Positions 1 through 12,290 of a stretch of DNA of 64,000 nucleotides are shown here, piece after piece; within the stretch, counting starts at the first letter, position 1, and every line of letters starts with the position of its first letter. The notes beneath the pieces are model-generated. The model saw only the letters and a list, made by a program, of their open reading frames with translations. It did not search any database and was not told the origin of the DNA. The position numbers and the translations under genes were made by a program. The stretch lies in the NCBI GenBank assembly GCA_026770705.1, contig JANJGN010000036.1, positions 2,480,001 to 2,544,000 of the forward strand, read 5' to 3'. The DNA is from Isurus oxyrinchus. Lineage: Eukaryota.

Positions 1-263
1 TGAATTTTAACAATGCTTGGCAGTGAACTGTCAATGCACAGCTAACCTGTGCATTTCCATGCAGACACCTCTGCCAGTCACGAACCACATGCCAAACATT
101 CTGTACTTTCTTCTCATGGAATGTAAATTGTCTCCCTTACATTTGGTGTTCTTGAAATTTCTCCTAATGACTGAAAGTCCAAAAGCTTCGACATCATGCT
201 CTTTATTTCGGCAATTTACCCATTTTGTCATTTAATCTCTTCCAACATGTCAGTGCAACTTAC

Positions 264-3200
264 CTGATTGTCGTTGATTCGGCCTTTCGGTTTGCCTTTT
301 CTCTCTCAAGCTAAAACTGGATACGGACAGAAATATCAAACACGTGTTAGGTCTTGTAAGTCCTGGCTCAGGCACCGGAAATAGTTAAGAGAATTGCCCA
401 ACGATTTAGAATCTAACTTAAACAGTCATAGAACATTTCTGAATACGCTATTTGAATCGGTGTTGGGGTTGAACTAGGTTTGACACACTGTAAAATAGAA
501 AAAGATTGTTGCTGATGAATTTTGCAAATGGTTCAGTTACTCACTTTTCATTGGCGGATTTCCTGCCTCGCTCTTCTGGAAGAAAAATGTGTAATTAGTT
601 ATTGAAAACTCCGAGAAGCGAATCACATTGGAGAAAAAATAAGTATTGACATGTCCCTTATAACCATTAATCCTCACCTGATCTGCTGTTTTTACGAATC
701 CAAATGGAAATAAGCACTGAGAGTAGAACCAGTACCAGCAGGATAGTTATTGCAACAGGAAGAGTCAGTTTGCACCAACCTACAGAGACAAAACATTCAG
801 AAACTGCTGCTGGGTTAAATCATTCTTACCTGGGGCTCTCTGAAGGGAAACGTAATCCAGTTAAAAAGCTGGAGCCTCAATCTCGGGTGTGAAAGTAAAT
901 TTTAAAAAAGTCAGTGGGACTGAGAGCTGAGAGTGGATGCGCAGAATGGATTCAATGGCGCTGCATTTGCTAATGGAGATGAAGTAACTAACAGCACGGC
1001 CAGGATTTTTCCACATGCTTAGTGTATCAGTATGTATGATGAAAAGCATCATACCAATGTCTTAGTTGAAAACTGAATCTTAGAATGATACGACAAAGAA
1101 GCAGTCTAACAGCATCTGTGGAGCGAAAGACAGTTAATGTTTCGAGTCCATATGACTCTTCTTCAGAGCCACGGACTCCAAGCGTTAACTCTGTCTTTCT
1201 CTCCACATATGCTGTCAGACCTGCTGAGTTTTTTTGCCAGCATTTTTTGTTTTTGTTTCAGATTTCGCAGTATGTTGCCTTTATTAAAGAAGCCGTCGAG
1301 TCGGCTCATCGTGCCTGACTTGGCTCTTTGAAATAGCAATCCAGTTATTCCTACTATCCCTGTTTTTTTCCCACATAACGTTCTGCATTTTCCCCATTAA
1401 GTATTTATCCGATTCCCCTTTTGAAAATTCCTATTGAATCTGTTTCCACGGCCCTTTCAGGCAGCGCCTTCCAGGTCACAACCACTCGCTGTGTAAAACA
1501 AAAATCCACTCATCTCCCCCATAGTTCTTTTGCTGATTCTCTTCGATGTGCATACCAATGGTTACCAAATCTCCTGCCACTGGAAACAGTTTCTCCTTAT
1601 TTACTCCATCAAAGGCACTCATGATTCTGAACGCCTCGAATAAAAATCCTCTTAACCTCCTCCGCTCTAAGGAGAAAAATCTCAGCTTCTCCAATCCCTC
1701 CACGTTAACTGACGCTAATTCTGATTAGAGGTCCCATTCTGGTCAATCTCCCTTGCATCCTCTACAAGGCCTTGACATGCTTCCAAACGAATAGTGCGCA
1801 GAACTGAGGACAATGCTACAAACTTGGCCAGCCGGAGGCTTATGAATTTTAAGCCTAACTTCCTTATTTTTAGTCTCGATTCCGCAATTAATAAGATCAA
1901 GAATTCCACGCCTTTCAACGGCCATTTCAGTTTATCCTTCCACCTCCAAGCTTTTATGGTATCAGAGAATGATTACAGCAAAGAAGGAGGCCATTCAGCT
2001 CATCGTGTCTGTGCAGGGTCTCTGCAAGAACAACTCATAGAACTCCGCTTCCCTGCTTTTCCGTGTCATCTTGCATTTTGTTTTCCTTTTGAGGTAATTC
2101 TCCAATTTTCTTTTGAGGGCAACGATTGAATCTGCCTCTACTACAGTCCCAGGCATCACACTCCATATTTTAACCACCCGCTGCACAGAACGGTTAATCA
2201 TCTTGTCGCCATAACTCCTTTTTTCCAATCAGTTTAAATCGGTGCCCTTCGGTTCCCAATCGCCCCGCCAATAGGAACAGTTTCTTCCTAACGGAGCTGC
2301 CCAGAAACATTATAATTTTGAGCACCTCTATCAAATCTCCTCTCAACCTTCTCTTCTCCAAGGAAAGCAGCCCCAGTTTCTCCAGTCCATCCAATTAATT
2401 GAAGTTCCTTATCCCTGGAACCATTTTAGAGAACCTGCACTCTCTCTCCCTCTTCACCTTATTCCTAAAGTCCTGTACCCAGAACTAGACACAATAATTC
2501 AGCTGAGGCCAAACCAGAATGTTGTAGAGATTCATCATGTTTTCCCTTTCTTTTGGACTCCTTGCCGTATTTCTAAAGGCCAGGATCCTCTACGCTCTAT
2601 GCGCGTCCCTGACATGAGCAATGAATTGTACACCTGAACCCTGCATTCTGGTCGACATGTTTTACGTGTGATAAACTTGAGCTGGTTCGAACAATCCAAA
2701 TTCAGTGAAAATTCAGATCCTTGGCTAAATGTTACGTATGATTGCTGATATCATGGATTTAAATTAAAATAGGTTTTAAGAGGAATTTGGAGATGATAAA
2801 TGAGGTTCCGGGGAGTAAAGGAAGAAACTGAATGAACGACAAGTCCCAGCAAACATGCCCATTTTAAGGAACAAATCCGCTTCTTGGCTGTTGTTTGCTC
2901 GCAAATCGCATGCAGTTCAGAACTGACCTCAGTCAGCCACATTACAAGACCCATTGCATGAAAAAGGCGATGCAAGCAGATTCAATCATGACTTTTAAAG
3001 GGGAAATCTATGATTCTAAAGTCTCTGCAAAAATATTAAGAGGAACAAGAAAGCATATACAAGAACAAATTCTATTCTGGTCTGAGGAAGCAAATTATTT
3101 TAGCATAATTTAACAAATGAACGCGCGACACACACACAAACACACACAGAGACACACAGAGGCACACGCACACACACACACACACATAAACACAGAAAGA

Positions 3201-4520
3201 CACGGAAGCACAGAAAGACACACGCACACAGAACGACACACATTCAGCTTTAGATTCAGTTGGAGTGCCGACTGTGAAATGAATATGTCCAACAGATATC
3301 CCTACATATTTGTAGATTATCGCTTGGAGGCCTTCAGTTCACTTTCGGCGGGATCTTAGAAGCTAGACAATTAGTACAATTAAAACCAAGTTGAATAGAA
3401 ACGCCATCGTACAGATCACTAACTCACTTGCCCATGCCCTTGCTGCCTTGGAGAACAATACGCTCCTTGTCCAGTTTTTGCTGAGACACCCCAGTTGAAC
3501 AATGCAAGTACAGAGACCGCCACTGCTGCAGGTTTCCCTGGATACCATGACGTGACTTCTGATGCTGTAGGTCCCGTCCTTCTCCCTTGTACCTGGATCG
3601 CTCGGTCCCTCAGTGAGCAGGCCGGAAATATTCCAGAAAATAGCAATCTGGTTGGAAGAAACTCCACTGACCAAACACAACAAGGGGACGGTTTTCCTCA
3701 AATGTAGCTCACCCGGCGGGACGAACACCAGCACAGCCGTCTTGTTGGTGGAACTGTCTGGACAGAGATAGGGACACAGTTAACCGTTAATTTGCTCCAA
3801 ATATTAATACTGTGCAGGATCTGAATTCATTTCACTTGCTCTCATACCTCCAACCAGTAGTGTCGCTCCATTCTGGAGCGGTGCATTGCTACGCATATGA
3901 GCACAGTAATAGGATCCCGAGTCATTCACCTGGACATTGCGCATTTCCAAAATCAATACATATTTGCTGTTGCCTTTTTCAGAAATAAACTTACAGTCGG
4001 CCCCCTGACAGGGAGGACTATCGATTAGTGTCGGTTCTTCACCCACCCGTTGTTTGTACCAGAAGTAGCTAGACACCAATTGCACTTCGTAAATGCAGTG
4101 ACAGGTTAATTCCACCGTCTCTCCGACTTCTGCTGTCATTATGAAGGAGATCTGAGACATAGAGGGCTCGGATTCTGTAACTAGAGAGATTATTGTTACA
4201 TTACCACTGATTACTGAGAGATTCGAGGAATGCTCTTGGAACAACATCGTCCGTAATTTAAGTAGGACCTCGTTAGTTTCTTTAATTATTTTTGGCTGGT
4301 CTAATTCTACAATTTGCCTTTTCTTCGCTTTATAGCAGAAAACAGAAAACAAACTCACATGCTCTGGTAAAATCCCTTCACCTAATCAACGGGTCACACT
4401 TTCAGCTTATTAAACACTGATTCTGACTGATTCCAATTTAAAATTCCCTCCCGCCTCTTGCTCACCATAAACCCGCAGCACTTGGAAAATGAGCATCAGA
4501 GATAAGGATTCCTTGGACAT
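264..4520 (-). CDS. Type-A non-rearranging V(J)-C1-TM Ig-superfamily receptor, copy A1 (open frame; 3' end probably runs off the left edge)
   Basis: Hand-spliced exons with GT/AG and compatible phases: leader 4520-4466 (MSKESLSLMLIFQVLRVY), V 4180-3848, C1 3757-3428, stalk/TM 779-678 (SWCKLTLPVAITILLVLVLLSVLISIWIRKNSRS), cyt1 575-545, cyt2 316-264. No stops in 904 nt. The paralog A3 has a further exon about 400 bp downstream, which for A1 would lie outside the window. Confidence 0.85.
678..779 (-). CDS. A1 stalk-Cys/transmembrane exon
   Basis: 102-nt phase-1 exon: WC, then about 23 hydrophobic residues, then RKNSRS. Exons of the same length occur at 14758-14859, 38428-38529 and 57600-57701. 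Confidence 0.85.
1270..2600 (-). mobile_element. Two CR1-type LINE 3' fragments in an A1 intron
   Basis: ORF remnants LEKLRFFSLERRRLRG and LEKLGLLSLEKRRLRGDLIEVLKI are typical of the CR1 ORF2 C-terminus. Confidence 0.75.
3120..3245. repeat. Degenerate (CA)n microsatellite
   Basis: acacacacaaacacacacagagacacacagaggcacacgcacac... Confidence 0.85.
3428..3757 (-). CDS. A1 C1-set constant domain exon
   Basis: VLVFVPP...VPLLCLVSG...WNISG...DGTYSIRSHV...LCTC are C1-set (Ig/TCR constant-like) motifs. Acceptor ctctgtccag, donor A|gtgagt. Confidence 0.9.
3848..4180 (-). CDS. A1 V-set domain exon with joined J-like G strand
   Basis: VELTC...YFWYKQ...DSGSYYCAHMRSNAPLQNGATLLVG gives the canonical B-Cys, C-Trp and DxGxYxC. 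Acceptor ctctctag, donor G|gtatga. Confidence 0.92.
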
Positions 4521-4730
4521 CTTGACGCGGTGAGTTTTCCCTGTTTTCGCTCTTACCAGTTTTTATTGCAGGCGGAGTGGACGCAGACTGACCTGAGCTC
4601 AGCGCCAGTTAGTTGCTCCCGTTTTGATGCGGTGGAAACTATGACGAGTTCTGCTGTGGAAAGTATGACACTATTTTGGGTGCGGTGCCCTGGTAAATGC
4701 CACATACATTTGTCATATTGTGGTCACTGT
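4521..4730 (-). promoter_or_regulatory. Conserved type-A 5'UTR/proximal promoter
   Basis: About 200 bp conserved upstream of the A1, A2 (17600-17810) and A3 (40619-40830) ATGs. Contains TGCGGT (RUNX-like, 4628-4633), GGAAA and a TGACG half-CRE. Function is inferred. Confidence 0.5.
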
Positions 4731-6029
4731 CACAGCGACCATTTGACTGGGTGTCTACAAAGAGTTTTAGTCGGTTGAGATGATGTCACTGAATTCTAAC
4801 TGTGAGGTGCATGTTGAATATTGAAGTTAAAGTTCAATTCTTTCTTAGGATTCGTGTGTCTGTGCCTGGGACAGCAGGTATTAACCATCCTAAGGGCCGC
4901 TTGAGAAGCTGGCTGTGCTCCGCCTTCTTGAATAACTGCAGCCCATGTGGTGTATGTACGCCCAGTGCAGTAAATTGGCAGTAAATGAACGGCGATACAG
5001 TTCCAAAACAGGCTTCCGCGTGACTCGGAGGGGAACTTGCAGGTTGTGGTGTTCCCATCAGTCTGCTGCCTTTATCCTTCTGGGAGATAGAGGTTGTGGA
5101 TGAGCAGGGCGAGCGCCGGAATTCAGAATGTGGTGCAATCGTGCTCAGTAAAATTCATTCTGTAAAGAGGTTGTACACGATTCATGATACAGCCTGCTTA
5201 ACACAGAGTCTGGAAAACATTGAATGACCGTCGCATTGAATGGACTGATTTGAAATTTATGGCGGCAGCCTCAGTGAGCTGCACCAGTATTTCCTGTGTG
5301 TAGATAGTACACATTGCAATTTCTTTGAGCTGCTGCTTAAAGTAACGCTTCATTTGAGAATCGTAGTGGGTAATAAATTTTATTCATATGCCGCATTGCA
5401 GATACAGAAGCAACTAGTGTCACGTCGACGAGGACAGTGTAAACGAGTTCAGTTGTGCATCAGCGACCTGTTCAGTTGCAGCAACCCTGGGCGGCAGACC
5501 CTGAAATGCCTGCGGTTTTACGCTAAATCCTTATTTTTAAATTTAGTTTTGCGCGCGAAGCGTCTCAACCTGAAAAAACAGGCAGGCCGCTGAGAGATTA
5601 CGGCTCGAAATTATTTTTCCATCGCAAGCCTAAGTGGACAGAATCTCAGACAGTGATTTCCGCCCCTCAATGCGCTTTGCACAGCCCCCGAATGCGCTCT
5701 GAGGAGCGCGCCTTTCTGAGACTCGCAGCAAAGAGCCGCGGTCACAGCTGCAAGGTTCACTGACTCGCTTCTTTATCATTCAAGGTCAAGCATTTTTGCA
5801 GTAGAGTTCAGACACTCAGTAAGGAACAACACTCTCTGCTCAATTCAGAACCCATTCTGCAATTAATTCGCTTGAAGATGAATGGAGCCCGCTCTTGTCT
5901 CCCAGATTCAGTTCCTCATTATTATCCCGAAGATTCTTGACATGGGTTCTTGAAGATTCTTGCAGTGAATTTGCTGCTTTGACTTTATAACCGGGTGAAG
6001 TTTCCAATGGGGGGCTCCCATGAAAAGAA

Positions 6030-6180
6030 TGATTTGACCCAGCAGCAGTTTCTAAGTGTTTTGCCTCTGTTAGGGTGACGCATTTCGATCTTTTGCCACA
6101 GCTGTCACGATGATCCGGTTTCTATCATGCATTCTCATAAGGATCTGGTTTCATTAAAGCAGCTGATCGAGTGAGTATTC
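6030..6180 (+). pseudogene. Inverted, degenerate type-A TM exon with flanking splice regions
   Basis: aatgatttgacccagcagcagtttct...ctctgttag|...gcagctgatcga|gtgagt aligns with the reverse complement of the A1 TM exon and its flanks. Contains stops and frameshifts. Confidence 0.6.
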
Positions 6181-6189
6181 ACACCCTCC

Positions 6190-6790
6190 TGTCCCTGATT
6201 ACAGTACCTGAATTTAAGGTAGTTAATCAAAGGGGTGTGACTGTCTCCTGAAACACAGCGTCCAGGTAACTCTCCCCCTCCCTGAGGTGTCGCAGTGTCC
6301 GAAGCTCAGACACCAGCTCATCAACTCTGAGCCAGAGTTCCTCGAGCAACCAATATTTGCTGCAGATATGGTCACTAGGAGTCACAAAGGGGTCCACCAG
6401 CTCTCAAATTATGCAGCTACAACACATCGCCTGGCCCTGCATCTCTATTGTATTTTATTAATTTTTCAATTTGTTTTTCAGTTTCCTACCAGTCTTTAGT
6501 TTATCAACCTGTAAAATATTTCTCATATTTAACTTTCATCTAAAAGCAAATTAGAATAGAGACTCAAAATACACTCTTTAAAACAACTGGAACTCCCTCT
6601 CTCGGTAGATTTGAATCTGACGCGTTAGGCCTCCGATCCTGGGCCCCAGCAGTCACCTTTAATCTGAAATCAGTTTAAAATAGGTAGTTTAAACTAACAG
6701 TTACTTACCAACCAATGAACTTATGGTTTTCCCTGTGATGTCACTTTGATTTTTTACACTCAGCGACGGTGACTGCAGAGGACACTCTTC
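6190..6790 (-). mobile_element. CR1 LINE 5' fragment (ORF1 N-terminus)
   Basis: Minus-strand translation MQGQAMCCSCII*ELVDPFVTPSDHICSKYWLLEELWLRVDELVSELRTLRHLREGESYLD resembles the zinc-finger/coiled-coil start of CR1 ORF1. Confidence 0.6.
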
Positions 6791-7491
6791 GCAGACTCAT
6801 TCGTCTCACTATCATTCTCTTGATCCACATCTGTATTTCAGTAGTATTAAAACTGTGTTCTCTCTATCTCTCGCCATCATTTTCATTCTATCTCTTTCGC
6901 GCTATCTCGCTATGTTTGTCCCGTATATACAATGTTTTATAAGATGGCTGCTCTTTCTCTCTCTCTATTTCTGCCCTTTATAAACAGTGTCCTATATAAC
7001 TCTCTACCATTCTCTCTCTGTGCCCCATTTAAACGGCGCGTCAAATGATCTTTGTTCTATCTCTTTCGCTATCATTCTCTTTTTACCTCTCTCTCTCACA
7101 ATTTCTCTCTCTAAATGCATTGTTATCCTGTTTAAACACTGCTCTATAAGATCTCTGCTTTCTCTTGCCACCATTTTCTCTCTCTATCACTTCTCCCTCT
7201 TTCTATTTCATTCTTTTTCTCTCTGTTTCAATGTTGTTCTATAAGATCCCCTTCTCTCTCTTGCTATCAATGTCTCCATATTTCTCTCTGTCTTTTTCCC
7301 TCTCTCTATCTATTTCTACTTCAGGCCTGTCTGAATTCTGTTCTATAAGAACTTTGCTTTATTTCAGGGTGATGAAATATGCAAAAATATATTTTCGTTT
7401 CCTGGTGAACTCAAATATTGAGGTTTTCCAAATTTCACTTGCTTAATCGATTCCACGAAGTTTTCTTTAAATGAAAGGGTTTTCTTTGCAG

Positions 7492-8534
7492 ATTCTCCAC
7501 TCCCCACCACCCGCAGTTTGCTGATTTCCGGGAGTGTGTCGGTGGCAGCGATTCTGCTGTTTGGGGATGATTCTTGTGGCTGCAGAAGGAGCTGCAGGAT
7601 CCGGCAGACAGGTGGCGATTGTTGCGAGAGTCTGTAACTCCGAGGCACTCTCAATCTATCCGTTTATCAAAGTGTTATTGACACTTTCAGCCAGTTCAGT
7701 GTGAAATGTAGCCCTTAAAGCTCCATTTAAATGTTGCTTTCCAAGAGGCGACATGAACTTTGATGAGAAACAGACAGTTTCCAGAGGACACGAACAGAAT
7801 AAAGACTTTCAAAAATGGAAATGTTGCCAACACCCGTGGATACATCTCACTGATTTTTTATCTAAGGTTTAACATTCATAATTATTGTTATTTGTTTCTA
7901 GAAAACTTTGAGTAGCGAGCACTACAGGATAACAGAAACTGGACATCAGTTCCTCGAGTACAGAAGATTAAGTCGTGATCTAATCGAGGGGTTTAAGATG
8001 ATTAAAGGATAGGATAGGGTCGATAGAGAGATACTACCTCCTCAGGCAGAGGGAGTAGGAGGGGCAGGGGGCAGGTGTGTCGGGTAGGGGCGGTGGGCCG
8101 TCGAGTCCAAGGCGACAGAACTTTACAATTGGAACCAGAACGTTCAGGCGTGATGTCAGGAAGCTCCTCTCACACAAAAGCGTGTGGAAGGCTGGAACTC
8201 TCACCCCTCCCCACTCACGCCTCCCTCCCCCACCCCCCCCACCCCCAACCAAAAAAAAAACTGTTGAGGCTGTGGCTTCAATTTGAAAAAAAATCAAAAC
8301 TGAGATTGATAGATGTTTTGGGGGTGAGGAGATTAACGATTATGGAACCTAGGTGGGTCGATGGAAATTAAGATACTCACCGGACCTGATCTAATTGAAT
8401 TGGCAGGAGGGTATGAATGGCCTCCCCCTATCCCAATGATGATGGTGTTTGTTATGTTAATGGATTCGGTTTTTATCTTTTATCCACAGACACATTATGC
8501 CTGCTTGGCGTTTAAGAACGATCCCACACTCTGA
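7492..8534 (+). pseudogene. Type-B receptor remnant B1 (TM and cytoplasmic exons only)
   Basis: TM exon 7492-7611 (stalk Cys->Arg; hydrophobic core broken, FGDDSCGC); cyt exon 7748-7806 (donor GT lost); last exon 8490-8534 THYACLAFKNDPTL*. No leader, V or C exon found upstream. Confidence 0.75.
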
Positions 8535-11500
8535 TAGGAGAGGAAAGAGGGAGAGAGATCACGGTCTGCTTCCCGAATATGACGTGTTGTGGAAAGTTTC
8601 CTCTGTTGGCCGGGAAATTTCGAATCCCAACCAGTGCAAATTCAGGCGCATTTTTGTGATGTCGCCCAGAGCGGGAACTGAATAATATCTCAATGTCCGC
8701 TATTCTAACGATGAAGTATCGCCTGCAGTTCCAATCCACCCTCTCCGGGTTTCTGTTACTCGTATCAGTGTTTATCATTGCATTCTGAATCGTTATGCAG
8801 TATGTGACAAGATATTATTCAAATAGGTTTCACAATGCATCTGTGCTCAAGTTACCTATATAGTAAAACAGCTTTATAACCAATGTTAGCTCTGCGATTA
8901 CCGTTTTTATTTGAGCATTCAGACCAGTTGCACCCAGGGTAATTCTGAGGCCAATTTAAAAATACATTTATGGAGCGAATGTAGGCAGGAGAGAAATAGG
9001 GTTATGGAATGACAGATACTGGATGGGAATTTGGGCTGCGTTGATATGAAAACTGCAGTGTTAGTGGACCCCGAGCCTTCAGTGATTGGGTCCTGAGAGT
9101 GAACAACGTTACATTTACTCGTGAAAGAAGAATATTTATATATCATCCACTCTTTTGATAATACAGTTGGTGGATTTTTCCGACTAAAATCACGGTTTCA
9201 AAGACACTGAAAGCGCAGCAGGAGGCCATTCGTTCCGTCACGCCTGTGCCAGCTCTTTGGATGTTCCCTTTAGCCCCACACAACAGCTGTCTCCCCATGA
9301 CCCTACGAATTTTTCCTCTTGACGCACACATGCCAGTAAATGTTAGCATCTATCCTGCTTACAGCACCACCCAGCGGCTGTGACTAAAATAGGTTTTACG
9401 CCGATGTTGATAATTCGCAAACATGAACACAATTCGATCCTGACATCGGAAGGTCTTTCAAATACGTGAGTAAATGCTGGTTCACTGAGATGATGCGATT
9501 TACTTCCATTACATCTTTAACAATATAAATATTAAAAGCTGGATTGGAAGCCCTTGGTGTGCTGATTAATGGATATTTTTGTAGGTGATTAAGCTTTGAT
9601 CTGCAGAACGTCTTGTGATTCCAGTTCCTCGCGGGTAGAAACATCGCGAAATTGACACCAGCGCATTTTACTGTAAAGATTCATTCTGCACAGATACTTC
9701 GAGAGTATTTCCAGACACTTATTAAAAGATGCAGCTGGAAAGGCTCATTCTGCTAAACACAGCTCAGCGGCCCAGCAGGCTTCTGTCCTCCTCAACCTGC
9801 AGGTAAACAATTGTTTCCTTACAAAAAAGGCAGGAAATCCAGCGAGCACTTCCCTATTCTCCTTACCCAGAGAACCACTCCTCGTGCTAATCACCCCGTG
9901 TGTCATAGACCTCCAGATATCAGTCGTCTTAATATTTGGACCGATTAACCCGTCAGGCACATTGGAGACTTGAGTTCCATTTGGCTGGATCTGGCAATCT
10001 GCCTGATCATGGGTGATGGTTAGGAAATATATATAGCTTAAGTAATTTATATGTGCATTTGGGTTCCCTCTGTATAAAATAGATGTTTCAGTTCAGTTTT
10101 ATTTTATATATATTTTTTTTTATTTGAGTGTTAAAATGTGAAACCTGGGATATAGTTTCAGTTTTGTGTAGAGGCAGAGGTCCGAAGCACTGTTTGTACA
10201 CTTGCATTTGCAATTGGTTTTTTGACTCTTAAAAAGAAGGTAAATCAAACACAAGAGACGAAAAACCTTTGCTGTTGCGTAGCAATAGGGGACCAGAGAG
10301 GCAGGGCTCACACACACGCACACAAGCACACACACACACACACACACACATACACAAACACACATACACAACAGAGAGAGAGATAGAGTGACAGAGAGAG
10401 AGAAGGGTGGGGTTGGGAGGAAAGTTGGGAGGAGAGAAAAGCAGCAGTTTCAGTTCACTAGGGAGGAGCTGCCAGAGAGAGGCAAGGCAGCAGAGGGACA
10501 GATAGCAAGTCCCAAAATGATTTTGAAGCCAAGACTCCAGAGATGCAGTCTACTGGGAGAAGGAGCGACAGAGAGCAGGTTTTCCAAAAGAACCAACAGC
10601 TCCTAAGGCCAAGGAGCGAGACAGGAACAGAAGAATGTCCCAAGGTGGCTTTCTAGCCAAATGAAGGACAGTAACACAGAAAAGGTCCTGCTTCGTGAAA
10701 TTAAGAGTGAGGGGCAGAGCAAGGTTCCAAACTTTAAGCTTAAAGAGAGGAAGTTGCAAGAGGCTAATTTAATTCGAAACATGCTTGAGACGAGGCAGAA
10801 TGTCCAAGCAGACAGCTAATGGTCTGTAACTATTTACTATGGGAATGTGAATCAGTGCTGTGCTGTTGATGATAGAGTTAGTGAAATAGAATTTGTGGAG
10901 GAACGATTCATTGCAAGTGGTGATCCTGTGGAGAGAAACATTGGAAGGAGAGTCGAAGCCCTGGAGGTGGACACTTGCGGACGGCGTTGGGGAGAAAGCA
11001 TCGGTTTGGGAGAAGTTCTCAAAACGAGTTCTTGGAGAGGGGAGATTGGAAAGCCTCTTCTGAAAGATGAAAATCAGTGAAATTGATTGTCTCACGGTGT
11101 GACACACGCCTTGTCGGGCGGGAAGTGTGGGAGCGTGGCGGTGGGATTTGAAGAGAGTCCCATAGCATCTGTTTGGGGCGTGGGGCGCATAATGGGTCGA
11201 GTTGTTTGGATATTTTCTATATCCCCAATTTACCATGCAAATTTACCTGTGGAGTTACAGGAAGGAAGCTCTGTGCAGGCTGTTTCTTAACTTCAGCCCC
11301 TCACGTGTCAAAAAGGGCAGCTGCCAGTGAGGGAGAAACACCATCAGACACTCACTGGGCTGCCACCGAGAAGGTGGTTGAGGAACTGAATGACCCAATT
11401 CGCATCCAAGTTTGAGAATTTTACAAACGAATCAATAATCTGCCAGATGCTAGTTGACAGGAAATAGTTAACGAATCCTTCAGAGACCCAGTTAAACTGG

Positions 11501-11540
11501 TTTGAAATTTACAATGACGTGCTTTAAAGGTGGATTTATG
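8440..11540 (+). repeat. Segmental duplication block (B 3' flank plus an LTR-like repeat), paralogous to about 24350-27520 and partly 62500-63280
   Basis: Colinear similarity, e.g. gaagccaagactccaga, cagctgccagtgagggagaaacaccatcagacac and atggtttgaaattta, in all three places. Confidence 0.75.
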
Positions 11541-11569
11541 GCTTTAGGCCATATTTTTAAAAATATTCC

Positions 11570-12290
11570 CAGGATGTGTGCTTCGCTGGCTAGGCCAGCA
11601 TTTATTGCCTACCACTAATTGCCCTCGAGTGGTAGTGGTGAGCTATCTTCTTGAACAGCTGCAGTCCACGTGTTGTAGGTACACCCACAGTGCTGTCAGG
11701 GAGGGTGTTCCAGGATTTCAACCCGGCAACAGTGAAGGAACGTCGATACATTCCCAAGTCACGATGGTAATTGACTTGGGGAACTTCCAGGTGATGCTGT
11801 TCCCATATAGCTGCTACCCTTGTCTTTCTAGGTGGTAGACGTCTGGGTTTGAAAGGTGCTGTCTAAGGAGCCTTGGTGAATTCCTGCAGTGCATCTTGTA
11901 GAAGGTACACAATGTGCTACCGTGCTTTGGTGTTGGAGGGAGTGACTGTTTGTTCATGGGGTGCCAATCAAGTGGACTGATTTGCCCTGGACGGTGTCCA
12001 GCTTCTTCAGTAGAAGCTGCACACATCCAGGCAAGAGGGGAGTACTTGAAGCAGGAAAAATGTACATGTCTAGATGTTGTGTAACTTGCAGATCGTGGTG
12101 CCCCCTTCTGCCCTTCTTCTTTGAGGTGGCAGAGTTTCCTTGTTTGGAATGTGCTGCCGAAGGGGCCTTGAGGAGTAGCTGCAGTTCACCTCGTGGATAC
12201 TTCACGCTGCAGCCACTGTGCGTCGGTGGTGGGGCGGGTGAATATTTGAGGTTATGGATGAGGAGTTCGTCAAGCAGACTGGATCAGTGA
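11570..12290 (-). mobile_element. Non-LTR retroelement 3' fragment (family recurring near 4880, 17990, 42050, 46340, 52220, 54510)
   Basis: Shared sequence ggatgtg..gctggc..gccagcatttattgcc..taattgccc..gagaaggtggtggtgagc..cttcttgaac.gctgcagtcc; ORF remnant HCRNSPRLLRQH. Confidence 0.6.

Noticed and set aside
9745-9960. ORF with a paralog at 25663-25866 ending at the same position
   Set aside because: Explained by the segmental duplication. No recognisable domain, and many nonsynonymous differences.
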